A DNA stretch of 64,000 nt from Sedimentisphaerales bacterium (GCA_040772485.1 JAXGYC010000007.1:224001-288000); one strand, 5' to 3'. Shown: positions 28,601 through 38,019, numbered from the stretch's first letter. Numbers and translations: made by a program. Notes: generated by a model from the sequence alone, not told the origin.

Positions 28601-29942
28601 CAGACCAGTCTTCGGCCTGGGCCAGCAACTGTGCCAGAGCCAGATGGAACTGGGGGTAATCCGGCACGTCCGAGACCAGCAGGCGGAGCTGTTCGATCGC
28701 GGAGTGGAAGTCGCCCATCTTCTGAAGAACGGAAGCCAGGAACATCCGGACCGGAGGAAAGTGGCCGCGCCACATCCGGTCCCGCCGGGACTGATACCCC
28801 AGCGCGATCGCCTTTCTCCAGAAGGTCGCCGCCTCCTGCAACTGCCCCTTCTGCTGCGCGAGATAGCCTTCGAGAAAGGCGCTTCTGGCAGGCTCGAAGT
28901 CCTTCTTCTGCATCTGAAGGATACAGTCGGCCGCCTGCTCAAACCGCTTCGCCCGGATCAGCAGTTCCGCCGCCCAAGGCAGGAAATCCCAGGGGTAGAC
29001 GGCCAGCTCTTTGAGGCCGGCCTCCGCCACAGCCTGCATCTCCTGTTCCGAGTTGGATTGGATGGCCACCATGGCCCAGTACCGCCAGAGGTCGGGCTCC
29101 GCCGGCGCCTTGGCTCGCAGGGCAGCAATCTGCGCTCTGGCCTGGTCGTAGGCAGCGGCCAGAATCAGTTCGCCGATCAAACGGAGATGCACCTCCCGAT
29201 CCGACAGGTCCAGATCCGCCGCACGCTCGAAGTCGGCCATTGCATTGGCGCGGTCCCCGGTTCGCCGCAGGAAAGAACCACGCACGATATGGGCCAGCGC
29301 AGACTGCGGATTGGCGGCGACCGCCTCCTCAAACCAGTAGTTGGACGGCCGATTGACCTCCGCTGGGTGCTCAGCGGCCAGCAAGCCCATGACTTCATAG
29401 GCCGGCACGTGACTGGGATGATCGTGGATCAGGCTGGCGACGGTCCGCTGCGCCTGGGGAAAATCCCGCTGCTGGATCAGAGCAACACTGAGATACTGCC
29501 GGATCGTCGGATCATCGTTGCCCTCCAAAAACTGTCTCGCCTTGAGTTCGGCCTCGCCGGGGCTTTCACCCAAATAGATGGCGATCAACCTCTTGGCGGC
29601 CTCGGCATTGCCTCCGTCCAGTCGGAGCACCGCCGAATAGGCCGCGATCGCCTGCTGAATGCTGCTGGATGTGCTGGGTCTGATCTTCTCCTGGGCTTGG
29701 CCGTACTTGATCAGGCGGGCGGTATCGTCCCCATTGATCGTCAGATAGCGGCCGATCTGCCTGGCCGCCTCCTCCCAGTTCTGTTCGGCAAACGCCTGTT
29801 CGCCCAAGGGAAGCGACTCCTCCGCAAGCGTACTCCGTTGCCACTTGTGCAGGGACAGAGCCGCCGCTGCCAGGACGATCACGCCCACCACCAGAACGAC
29901 TGCCAAAGTCCAGTTGAAATATCGTTGCGCCATCGGATGCAT
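25644..29942 (-). CDS. Very large membrane-anchored TPR protein (PrsT-like role inferred)
   Basis: About 1430 aa from MHPMAQRYF; N-terminal TM; TPR repeats throughout, including C-terminal 'AMNNLAWLL...ALELA...IETRGVIHYRLG'. Confidence 0.9.
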   Translation of the reverse strand: MHPMAQRYFNWTLAVVLVVGVIVLAAAALSLHKWQRSTLAEESLPLGEQAFAEQNWEEAARQIGRYLTINGDDTARLIKYGQAQEKIRPSTSSSIQQAIAAYSAVLRLDGGNAEAAKRLIAIYLGESPGEAELKARQFLEGNDDPTIRQYLSVALIQQRDFPQAQRTVASLIHDHPSHVPAYEVMGLLAAEHPAEVNRPSNYWFEEAVAANPQSALAHIVRGSFLRRTGDRANAMADFERAADLDLSDREVHLRLIGELILAAAYDQARAQIAALRAKAPAEPDLWRYWAMVAIQSNSEQEMQAVAEAGLKELAVYPWDFLPWAAELLIRAKRFEQAADCILQMQKKDFEPARSAFLEGYLAQQKGQLQEAATFWRKAIALGYQSRRDRMWRGHFPPVRMFLASVLQKMGDFHSAIEQLRLLVSDVPDYPQFHLALAQLLAQAEDWSGVLDQAQQVQRLVPEPTDGEVPELRSSAALLEIQARMRMLAGAGDSESARSGWRAIEARLAALSAAGVEAGQVQLLRVQAAMFQGKHAEAAAMLGQLENRQTDRLAAMLLRAQLYVDEGKGPEAVSLLHQTIEKFPQSTEPVRNLALLLNRQNKRSECEAAIRNAMSRMDKAGRRSLGMLLAELYVSWGRDEPLYELLTDLSKEFPDDIGSKRRLLTLDRVLKDPAMSQSIVDQIKSIEGQDGWQWRVEQARVWILSEGFQSYYGQVVRLLQENLLSNPEDRSSRLLLAAAYEKGGDLQLALAMYREAIQRWPNDVGVVTRTVQALYQAGEDEEAQGILDRARSRDLYDPDIQRLQLQGYLRRSAKAGDSAARRHALVSASDILQDLVRQDPNDTAAGLRLVSILGAQQKYDEAQAALNAVKARDPESVSVIVAQVQLDVERGDADAALRLCGQTIAREDSVFSRLLRGRTYEALKRYDDAQADYDRMVALAPEKAEIWLSRSDFFIRTGRNREAISDIEKALELSRDNLPVQQRALFLFLNLGDPVLFQRGEALLEEALRLHPQDMGLKLHKARVLLRRETAPAAEQARTLLREITEKNQDLADAWELLGILELREDQVARAMDVALRGLAANPDSRQLLLLKAQAEARRSPMLAVPTLRGLIDQDPNDMSVVSQLAFSYLHSDRPQEAVRLLRHHLGAQTGPGRKQGEIALATVLYRSGEPNEAAEILRGLLQAEPDDASLVVTWAGLLVSAERWTELESLLADWRAKRPDDAAVPTAVARNLIADGGQKGFEFAERLLRSEIERHPQTLPPLHLLANLVTVMGRSEEAAALNQRILEADPDNVFAMNNLAWLLCEEQGQYQEALELANRGLKMRPEYIDLIETRGVIHYRLGRLDEAVQDLSRSLELYPVNATAVASTHFHLARVYAEMGRKADAIRHVEQALALHRSSRQSTDPGQRKSELSEEDLADAERLVEQLQKGNG

Positions 29943-30050
29943 CCTTTCCACTGAATCAGGGCGATTCACAGCGGCCGCTGTTCTTGCACCGCCATCGGTC
30001 GCCCAAGCCGCCGGATACGAACGTCTCAGCACCGCCCGGCGACCCTCCGG

Positions 30051-31775
30051 TCAGAACTGACGGATGAAGTTGGCCACCATCTTCCGGAAAGTGCACCAAC
30101 ACACCCACAAATCCATTTGCGGTGAGAGTTCCTGCACGTACTTGGTGTCGTAGTGAATCCACTCCTGGAAGTCTTTGAAGGGCTCACGTGTTCGGTAGAC
30201 CTGCCAGAGTCCCGTGATGCCCGGCCGCACCGAAAGTCTGGCGTCGCGCCATGACGGACACAGCGTGTTTTCCGACTCCGGCGATGGTCGGGGACCCACA
30301 ATGCTCATCTGCCCACACAAGACGTTGAAGAACTGAGGTATCTCGTCCAGATACGTTTCTCTGAGGAAATGTCCGACCGTACTGATCCGAGGATCGTCGG
30401 CCATCTTGAACTGCGGTCCGTCCACTTCGCTGACGAAGCGCAGCTTGTCCTGAATCTCGGCTGCTCCGACGCGCATGGTCCTGAACTTGACGCAATTGAA
30501 CGGCCGCCCGTGGAGTCCCTGACGCTTGTCGCGGAAGAACACCGGCCCGGGCGAGTTGACCTTGATCGCCAGGGCAATCAGCGGCACAACGGGGGCAAAC
30601 AGGATCAAGACGACGCCGGCGACGACGACATCTGCGATCCGCTTGAAGCAAATCGGATACGAGAAACGCGGCCACGTGCGGAAGACGCTCTGGCGACTCG
30701 CCCAGAGCGGTCTCGTCCAGAACCGGGCCGCCCGCAGCGAAGAGGTGCGTTCGGATGCGGCCCCATTCTCCAAGCTTGAGACGACACAACGGTGGACGGT
30801 GCGATCCGATTCTATGGCAACCCGGGTTCCCACGATAGACGAGTCGACCAGGGCGCCTCGCCCCACCGTGCAGCCGTCGCAGAGGATGCTGGGACCGACG
30901 ACCACCACTTCCGGCTCGACACGTACGCCCCGTCCGAGCAGTACCGGACCGACAAACCGTGCGTCACCCGAGATATCGTGGTCTGCATCGTATGCATACA
31001 CCTGCCTGCCAAGGGACGCATTCAGAACGGCCCCCCGAGGCGGGCAGTGGGTCAGCACCGCGTCGGACAGTGCGAGAATCCCCTCTTCAGACGCCAGGTC
31101 AATGACGGAACCAGCCATGGAGACGGACTCGATTCTCATGCCATGTGTCTGACACCTCTCGATTACCTCCCCGAACTCAGAGGGCAAGCCGTCGTTCAGT
31201 ATCGCAACGGCGTGCTTTGATCGGATCAGAAGATGGTGCGGCCAGTCGATTGGCAAGGGCATGGGTTCGGCGGCATCCCTGTATAATCGCCGGTATCCAA
31301 CCAACTCTCCCGCTTCCGCCAGGCGGATTCGCTCCTGATAAGCCAGCAGTCCGGGAACGACCGTCACGGCCAGCACATCCGACGATGTCTCCCCAAGCAC
31401 CCGATCCCAGAGGTGGTCACTGACACGAGCAGCAAAGCGGCCGTTGGAAATCGTCAGCCAGGGATGACGCCGGACAGCAGCCAGATGTTTCCGGTTGAGC
31501 TGCCCTGAGACAACACATCCGCCGTCCTGCTCGGCGTTGTCCGCCGAGTCCGTCTGCCAGGACGCGGGAACGACCCACACGACGTTGCCGCGTTCGGCCC
31601 CGCCTGCCAGCTTTGACAGGCCGCTGTTCCCGTCTATCGAACTGCACAGGCGACAGGCTCCATTCAGGATCACCTCGGGCAGGGGACGCGCAGACAGCGC
31701 GTATCGCAGCACGCCCGTCTCGAAGGCCTTCGCTCCGCCCTCCTCACCTCGGACTACAATCAACCTCATAGCCAA
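30051..31775 (-). CDS. Priming phosphoglycosyltransferase (Bac_transf) fused to an N-terminal degenerate nucleotidyltransferase/LbH module
   Basis: C-terminal KRIAD, KFRTM, DDPRIS..G.FLR...LDEIPQFFNVL.GQMSIVGPRP, VRPGITGLWQV; upstream hexapeptide repeats 'ISGDARFVGPVLLGRGVRVEPEVVVVGPSILCDGCTVG'. Confidence 0.9.
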   Translation of the reverse strand: MAMRLIVVRGEEGGAKAFETGVLRYALSARPLPEVILNGACRLCSSIDGNSGLSKLAGGAERGNVVWVVPASWQTDSADNAEQDGGCVVSGQLNRKHLAAVRRHPWLTISNGRFAARVSDHLWDRVLGETSSDVLAVTVVPGLLAYQERIRLAEAGELVGYRRLYRDAAEPMPLPIDWPHHLLIRSKHAVAILNDGLPSEFGEVIERCQTHGMRIESVSMAGSVIDLASEEGILALSDAVLTHCPPRGAVLNASLGRQVYAYDADHDISGDARFVGPVLLGRGVRVEPEVVVVGPSILCDGCTVGRGALVDSSIVGTRVAIESDRTVHRCVVSSLENGAASERTSSLRAARFWTRPLWASRQSVFRTWPRFSYPICFKRIADVVVAGVVLILFAPVVPLIALAIKVNSPGPVFFRDKRQGLHGRPFNCVKFRTMRVGAAEIQDKLRFVSEVDGPQFKMADDPRISTVGHFLRETYLDEIPQFFNVLCGQMSIVGPRPSPESENTLCPSWRDARLSVRPGITGLWQVYRTREPFKDFQEWIHYDTKYVQELSPQMDLWVCWCTFRKMVANFIRQF

Positions 31776-31829
31776 TTCACACCCGGGACCGACAGACTCG
31801 GACGATAAAAGTCAATCCCCGTACACGCA

Positions 31830-34142
31830 TCACGCCTCTGCGGGATCGTCAGGACCTTGGGGAGAAAGCAGCATCTTCTTCTGCCGGGCGGCCTTGCGAA
31901 CGGGCGTCGCCGTCCGGGTCCGATATCCATAGTTGTACCGATAGAGGCCTTGATCGACCCGGACGTTGCTGAGAATCGCACCGACGACCCGGGCCCGAAC
32001 GCGGGTGAATCGGTCCCTGGTCTCGGCCAGATCCGGGGCCGTCGTCTGGCCGGCAAAGCCCACCAGGATCACCGCATCCGTCAGTTTGGCCCATACGATG
32101 GCATCGGGAAAGGCCAATGCCGGCGGCGTATCGACAATCACGTGGTCGTAGTCCCGGCCGATCTTGTCAATCTGCTCGGCCGCCGTGGAGGAAGCCAGCA
32201 ATTCATAGGGATCCGCCAGGCTACGCGCGTTGGCCGCCAATACATGCAGACCGCTCCCAGGGACCACGCAGATGATCCCGTTCGGGTCCCCCCCCAGAAG
32301 CACTTCCTGCACGCCGCCGGAACCGTTCGGCACATTCAGCATGTAACGCACGTCAGGCTTCCGCAGGTCGCCGTCGATCAGAAGCACCTTCTTGCCCGAT
32401 TTGGCCAGACTCGTCGCCAGGTTGACCGCAAACGTCGTCTTGCCTTCCCTCGTGCCGGGACTGCAAACCGCCAGTCTCTTGGGCATCCCGCCGTCGGTGA
32501 GCAGTCCGAGGTTCGTGCGGATCGTCTGATAGTCGCTGGCAATTTGTTCGGCAAACTGTGCGGGCTTGATCGTATGGGAACTCGTGGTCGTCCCCAGTAC
32601 GGGCAACCCGAGATATCGCGTCATATCCTCCGGGGTCTGAAGCGTCTTGTCCATTCGGTGCCGCAGAAACGCCAAGCCGGCTCCCGCCGCCAGACCGGCG
32701 AAAACCATGGCGATCGCCAGTTGCCGCCGACGGTCGTCTGTCTTGACGACATAGGCCGAATAGGCCGGCGTGATCCGAGGACGTCCCTGACGCTCCATCT
32801 CCATCGTCTTGATCTGTTCGCTTATCCTTTCATACAACTGCCGGTCCATCGTGAGATTGAACTGAAGATCCTGGATTTGCAGATTGGTCTGGCCGACCTT
32901 CTGCGTCTTGGTGCCCTGATCTTTGAGCTCTCCCTGGAGTCTTTCCTGGTGGGCGACGAGTTGCTGCAATTCCAATCGGGCGTTCTTGAGCCTCTCCTGC
33001 GCGACCGCCGCGATGCGCTCCTCAAGCCCCTCGTTGAATTCCTGCTCCAGGCTCTCGCGCTTTACCTCCAAGGCCTGTTCGAACTTCGCGAGCAGATCCT
33101 CCTGTTGCCGGAGGGCCGGGTTCCCCGGCTTGAGCGTCTGTGTGGACACCAGCAGATCGCGTCGCATCTCCACGATGTTCTGCGACAGTTGTTGGAATTC
33201 AGGATCTGAATTCACGTAGTTCTTTCGTTCCGCCACGATCTGCTCGGCAGGCATGTTGACATCCGTCGCCGCCTGCGCCAAGACGGCAACCGTGGCTTCG
33301 AGGTCAAATCGCCGGGCCTCCAGTGCGATCCACTGGGACCACAGGGTGTTCTGCGTTTGCAGTTCCATGTCGTGACGGGTGTCCAACACGGTGGTTCCGT
33401 ATTCCTCTGCGAGCTGGTAGATCGTCTCTGTCTGCGAGGTGATCTTGTTGCTCAACTGGTTCCGGGTATCGGTCAGGATCCGGATTCTCGCATTCTCGGC
33501 CTCGGTGGAATCGGTGCCGTACTTGTTCTGGTAGTGCGTCAGAAAGGCATTCACGATCTGGATGGCTTCGGTTGCGTCCGTCGCCTTCATCGTCACAGCC
33601 ATCAGTTCCGTGTGGGGAATCTGACCGGCCAAGATCACTCCGCCGGCCACGGCATTTTTCAGTACGGCGGCCGGGTCCGGCCTGCTCGTAAGAGGCAGGA
33701 ACATGGCCTTGAGTTTGCCGATCGGCGTCTGCGGCTCGCCACTGAAGATACGCAGATCCCGACCGGACAAGTCGTCGGCAATTCTCTGGAGAACGGGGCC
33801 GCTGGTCAGAATCGTGACCTGCGTGTTGACAAAGTCGGCATAACCCGAACCGCTCCCCCCGCGGGCTTCGTTCTGGCCCGGGAGGATGCTCTCGACCACC
33901 GGGGCAACGCGCACGGCACCCTGCACGTTGAAGACGGGCGGTGAGAAGAACCAGATCGCCGGCAGACCCACCGCACAGACCAGAATGAGCACGCCCAGGA
34001 CGATGTACCATCGCTTCGCGATGCTTCGCAGGACATTCGGCTTCGGCTGTGACGGCGCGTCCGACTCGAGGTCCAGAGGGACGTCATACGGCGCGGGTTT
34101 CTGTTCGATCACCTGATCCAGGTATTTCTCAAGATTATTCAT
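31830..34142 (-). CDS. wzc: Polysaccharide co-polymerase/BY-kinase (Wzc-like)
   Basis: Two TMs flanking a coiled-coil domain; Walker A PGTREGKTT, VLLIDGDLRKP, VIVDTPP; Tyr cluster LYRYNYGY. Confidence 0.93.
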   Translation of the reverse strand: MNNLEKYLDQVIEQKPAPYDVPLDLESDAPSQPKPNVLRSIAKRWYIVLGVLILVCAVGLPAIWFFSPPVFNVQGAVRVAPVVESILPGQNEARGGSGSGYADFVNTQVTILTSGPVLQRIADDLSGRDLRIFSGEPQTPIGKLKAMFLPLTSRPDPAAVLKNAVAGGVILAGQIPHTELMAVTMKATDATEAIQIVNAFLTHYQNKYGTDSTEAENARIRILTDTRNQLSNKITSQTETIYQLAEEYGTTVLDTRHDMELQTQNTLWSQWIALEARRFDLEATVAVLAQAATDVNMPAEQIVAERKNYVNSDPEFQQLSQNIVEMRRDLLVSTQTLKPGNPALRQQEDLLAKFEQALEVKRESLEQEFNEGLEERIAAVAQERLKNARLELQQLVAHQERLQGELKDQGTKTQKVGQTNLQIQDLQFNLTMDRQLYERISEQIKTMEMERQGRPRITPAYSAYVVKTDDRRRQLAIAMVFAGLAAGAGLAFLRHRMDKTLQTPEDMTRYLGLPVLGTTTSSHTIKPAQFAEQIASDYQTIRTNLGLLTDGGMPKRLAVCSPGTREGKTTFAVNLATSLAKSGKKVLLIDGDLRKPDVRYMLNVPNGSGGVQEVLLGGDPNGIICVVPGSGLHVLAANARSLADPYELLASSTAAEQIDKIGRDYDHVIVDTPPALAFPDAIVWAKLTDAVILVGFAGQTTAPDLAETRDRFTRVRARVVGAILSNVRVDQGLYRYNYGYRTRTATPVRKAARQKKMLLSPQGPDDPAEA

Positions 34143-34159
34143 TGCCCCATTCTCCTATG

Positions 34160-36133
34160 TCAAGAGTTCGGTATCTGTCGCGGTTGTCGTCGCGTGATGA
34201 CCGTCGATGAGAGATCCGCCGGCGGCGTGGTCAGCCGCGCCAGAAACCACAACTCTACCACTACCAGAGCCAGTGCCAGAGGCATCATGGCGTATCCGCC
34301 AAAATCGTGGAACAGCTTCTCCACGTTTTCGCCTGTGAGAACCGTGAACGCCACCGCGGTCACGGTAAGTCTCAATGTGTTGCACAGCAGGGCAATCGGC
34401 AGGCTGGAGATCAAGATGAGCACTTTCTCCCACCAGGTGCGCCTGGTCAGAAGGGCCACCAGGCCGCTGATCACGACGAAGGCGGTAATCATCCGCAGGC
34501 CGTTGCAGGCTTCGGCCACCGCCACACGCGTGTCTCCGATCGTGATGATATTGCCTTCTCTGGCCACTTCGTATCCGGCCAACTCCAGGCAAAAAACCGC
34601 AGACGTCGTCGCCCAACCCTGGAGGGGGACGGCCAGAGCGGCCTGGACGCGGTTCGGCCACGGAAGCATCAGGCACAGGAACAGCAGCGCCGGCGCCAGC
34701 TTTCGCAGGAAGCTCCAGCCCAGAAGCAGCAGAGCAACGGCGACTACCGACATGAGCATCGAGAGTCTCTCGGCAGAGCCGAACATGAGGTAGAGTCCCA
34801 TGCCTCGGACGGTCTGCGCCAGAAGCAGCAGGACAATCCCGGCCCACACCGCGGGCCGAACCGGCACCGTGTCAAAATCCCGCCGCCGCACCCAGAGGGC
34901 ATAGGCCGCCAGGAACGGAACGAGCAGGCCGGCAGAGTATTCATCGTTTCGCCGCCAGACTTCATAGAGGTCTGTGAACGTCGCCCAGTAGGACCACAGA
35001 AACGCCATGAGAATGACGGCCCCTCCGACGAGATATCCCGCTTGGCTCGGAGACCTTCGGGCCCAGACAGGCAGTTTCTCCATCAGTCCCTCCACTCGAT
35101 CTGCAAGGCGTGCGCCCCAATGTCCCCAATTCGTCCCTCCGGATACAGCGGGTACCTCTCTCGCCCACATCGCCCTGCCGGCCACGACCGCCCGGTCGGA
35201 CAGCACCGCTCCGCTACCGAGGACCGATTCAAGGACCTCACAGTGGTTGCCCACACTCGCGTCGCCCCACAACACGCTCCTGACGACGACGCTGTCGCAA
35301 CCGATCACAGCCCGAGGCCCGATAACAGTCGGGCCCACCACCACCGCACCTTCGAGAATGCGCGCCTGTTCCCCAACCGCTACCGGCCCCCAGATCCTCG
35401 CAGAACGATGAATCGAGGCCTGCGGTGCGATCTGGAACCGCCCGCTCGGCGTTTCCACCACGTCGGATCCGGAACACCCCGTCAGATGCATCCACACGGC
35501 GTGCAGATAGCCGCTGCGGTCATGGAAGCTTCCAACCTCCTCGGTCAGTACAAACGGTCGGACTACGCCTCCGGCACGCAGGATCGACGGGATGAGTCCT
35601 TCCTTGATGTCCGAATAACCGCCGGCAGGAATCAGACGCAATACGTCAGGTTTGCACAGATAGATCTCGGCAGGGGCTCCAGGCGCGCCGCCGTCCGACG
35701 GTCCCGGGTTGAACACCGTGGTCAAGTCGGCACCGTGCAAGTGGTGCGACTCGATCAGACCTCGCAACGGGGGCGGCGAAGCCATGCTCCCCGAAAAGAC
35801 CATGATCAGATCGCCCGAATCGGATCCCACTGCGTCCCGAAGACACCCGGCCGTGCCGCCGGACAGGTCTTCGTTCAGTGTGGTGATTTTCAGTCGACGT
35901 CGCTGGCGAACCGGCTCGATGTACTCGGAAATGTCGTTTTCACTACAGACCACAACCCGGCGAATCCCCTCCTCTGCAAGGTGGTCGAGCAACCGCTCGA
36001 GGGCCGGTCTGCCCACGATCGGCCACAGGGCCATGGGCAGATGCGCCGCCAGCGGACAACGTCCGAAATCCTGTCGCCCGACGAGCACGACAGTCCGTAT
36101 ATCCAACTTCTCTATCTGGAGGTTGCTTTGCAT
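34160..36133 (-). CDS. Exosortase fused to an N-terminal degenerate sugar-phosphate nucleotidyltransferase plus LbH domain
   Basis: C-terminal multi-TM exosortase with VAEACNGLR (Cys), NTLRL (Arg) and HDF.G (His); N-terminal ~330 aa resemble the mannose-1-phosphate guanylyltransferase family with hexapeptide repeats; one continuous 657-aa ORF. Confidence 0.92.
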   Translation of the reverse strand: MQSNLQIEKLDIRTVVLVGRQDFGRCPLAAHLPMALWPIVGRPALERLLDHLAEEGIRRVVVCSENDISEYIEPVRQRRRLKITTLNEDLSGGTAGCLRDAVGSDSGDLIMVFSGSMASPPPLRGLIESHHLHGADLTTVFNPGPSDGGAPGAPAEIYLCKPDVLRLIPAGGYSDIKEGLIPSILRAGGVVRPFVLTEEVGSFHDRSGYLHAVWMHLTGCSGSDVVETPSGRFQIAPQASIHRSARIWGPVAVGEQARILEGAVVVGPTVIGPRAVIGCDSVVVRSVLWGDASVGNHCEVLESVLGSGAVLSDRAVVAGRAMWAREVPAVSGGTNWGHWGARLADRVEGLMEKLPVWARRSPSQAGYLVGGAVILMAFLWSYWATFTDLYEVWRRNDEYSAGLLVPFLAAYALWVRRRDFDTVPVRPAVWAGIVLLLLAQTVRGMGLYLMFGSAERLSMLMSVVAVALLLLGWSFLRKLAPALLFLCLMLPWPNRVQAALAVPLQGWATTSAVFCLELAGYEVAREGNIITIGDTRVAVAEACNGLRMITAFVVISGLVALLTRRTWWEKVLILISSLPIALLCNTLRLTVTAVAFTVLTGENVEKLFHDFGGYAMMPLALALVVVELWFLARLTTPPADLSSTVITRRQPRQIPNS

Positions 36134-36645
36134 TGGTCCAAGTCTTGTCTTGACGCCTGCTTCCTTGCCTTTCCACGTTCCACGTCAACATCGGGGGAGA
36201 AATACGGACGCGACAACACTCGCGCGGGATCCCGCGCTCCTCCTGTGTACGACGTCGGTGCGCCAGGCCTCATTTCAACCGTGCTGCTCGATACTCCATT
36301 CTCTTGAGTGTATAGGATTTCCGGAAGACCACGGCGTCTTCGCCACCCTCCGGAGGCATGCTATCACACCGTGAAACGCATATCCAGCCAATTCCGGAGG
36401 CGCGCCAGCGCTTTTGCGACGGTTTCAGACGCCGAACACATGGTCCGATATCCCCCTGCATCGCAGACCGCCCTGGGTCCGACCCGTAGGGAGCCGTCCA
36501 TTTACAGTTCCACAGGGGATATCGGCACTTTCACGGGCGGGATAAACATGGATACGCACTTGGTGTTGCAGAACACAGAGCGCCGGCGGATTCCTCGACG
36601 GCGCGCCCCATGCTGACTGGCGCAAGTGCATCCGTCGCCTGACCG

Positions 36646-37293
36646 TCAGTCTCCGCCAATGACCACAAGCGTCTCGGCCATGAAGGTCACTCGGATGGGG
36701 GTGATCTCGCTGGCGCCAAAGCAACTGCGCAGCTCCCGCACAGTCATCAGGCGGAGGCCGGAACAATCACAGCCGAAGACATACCTGCCTCGTACGTGGT
36801 TGTAGCTGAAGATCCGGCCGCAGGCCAAGTACGCCTGGCCGGGCAGCCACGTCACGAAAGGCAAACGAAGGTGAAACTCGAACGGATACCATCGATTCGG
36901 CGTCGTGACAAACCAACGGCGCCCGACGCACATGACCTCCGATGCCATCTTCCGCTGGTCTTCCAGACCGCCGACGTGCTCGATGACCGCGTTGCTGTAG
37001 ACCACGTCGAAATACTTATCGGGCCAGGGAAGACGGCGCGCATCGGCGGTCCTGGCATCGACCTGGGGAAAACGCTGCTGGATCGCGCTGGTGTGCTGTT
37101 CCAGGATGTTCACGGCGCTGACACTGGCCTTCCAGGGATACGAATTGATGAGCTGGCAGTCATTCTGGTCGTCCAGAGCGACCTGCGCACCTACATCGAG
37201 GATCTTCGTCTGTGCGTGAGGTTTCATTCGCTCATAGAACAGTTGCAGCTTTCGCTGCCGACTGATCCTCGAAAACCGTGTGAAGAGTCCCAT
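36646..37293 (-). CDS. Class I SAM-dependent methyltransferase
   Basis: KILDVG, ADARRLPWPDKYFDVVYSNAVIEHV, FVTTPNRWYPFE. Confidence 0.9.
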   Translation of the reverse strand: MGLFTRFSRISRQRKLQLFYERMKPHAQTKILDVGAQVALDDQNDCQLINSYPWKASVSAVNILEQHTSAIQQRFPQVDARTADARRLPWPDKYFDVVYSNAVIEHVGGLEDQRKMASEVMCVGRRWFVTTPNRWYPFEFHLRLPFVTWLPGQAYLACGRIFSYNHVRGRYVFGCDCSGLRLMTVRELRSCFGASEITPIRVTFMAETLVVIGGD

Positions 37294-37399
37294 TGTCTAT
37301 TCCATAGAGAAGCATGGAGTGATCGACATGGTGAAACGGTCGATGTGTTCTGCCGCCGCGTGAGTGTTTGCCGCCCGGTGCTGCGCCGGGAAGAATCGC

Positions 37400-37488
37400 A
37401 CGCGTGTTGATTTCGTCGCGAAGAAGTCGTCAACGGTTCGGACGAGACGATCGAACGGAAGCTGTGTTCCCAAGGTCGGAAGAACTAG
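37400..37488 (-). pseudogene. 5' remnant of a pssE/Alg13-like gene
   Basis: LPTLGTQLPFDRLVRTVDDFF matches MIFLTVGTQFPFDRLVRAVDDFF of the intact copy; the start codon is lost and similarity decays afterwards. Confidence 0.75.
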
Positions 37489-37952
37489 ACGACCGCCCCG
37501 ACGTACTCCACACCCCGGTATTTTCGGGCCAGCGCCGGCCATTGGACCAGGAACAAATCCGCGAACGGACGAACCAGCCGACCCGAAAGAGACAGACGAT
37601 GGACGTTTGTGATGCTGTCCAGCCAAATCACTCTCGCTCCGGCCAAATGGCCGAGCAAGGCCACCAGACATCCCGGGGCCGCCCCCGTGCTGATCACCAC
37701 GTTCGGGCGTTCCTGGCGAATGATGCGAAGACACCGGAAGAACACCCCAATGACGCGCACCAGGTGCTGACGATTGCATTCACCGACCACGTGAACTTCG
37801 CCGGTCTTGCCCAGGGTATCCCGGACGACGTCGACGGTCGTGATCCAGCAGACCCGCTGGCCGGACCAGACCTTGGCGATCTTCAGAAGCTCACTGAGGT
37901 GCCCTCCTGCCGAGGCCACCAGGCAAATCCTTCGCTGTTTCTCGGTCGTCAC
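37485..37952 (-). CDS. pssD: PssD/Cps14F (Alg14-like) glycosyltransferase subunit, copy 2
   Basis: ICLVASAGGHLSELL, RPNVVISTGAAPG, LFLVQWP. Confidence 0.88.
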   Translation of the reverse strand: MTTEKQRRICLVASAGGHLSELLKIAKVWSGQRVCWITTVDVVRDTLGKTGEVHVVGECNRQHLVRVIGVFFRCLRIIRQERPNVVISTGAAPGCLVALLGHLAGARVIWLDSITNVHRLSLSGRLVRPFADLFLVQWPALARKYRGVEYVGAVV

Positions 37953-38019
37953 GGTGTAAGACCCTCCTCACGCGCAGATCTTTACTGGGCCACCGAGACA
38001 GGAAGTACATGGCACTGCT

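Noticed and set aside
34307..36307. 666-aa plus-strand ORF opposite the exosortase fusion
   Set aside because: Antisense shadow with no recognisable domain; the minus strand carries the conserved motifs.
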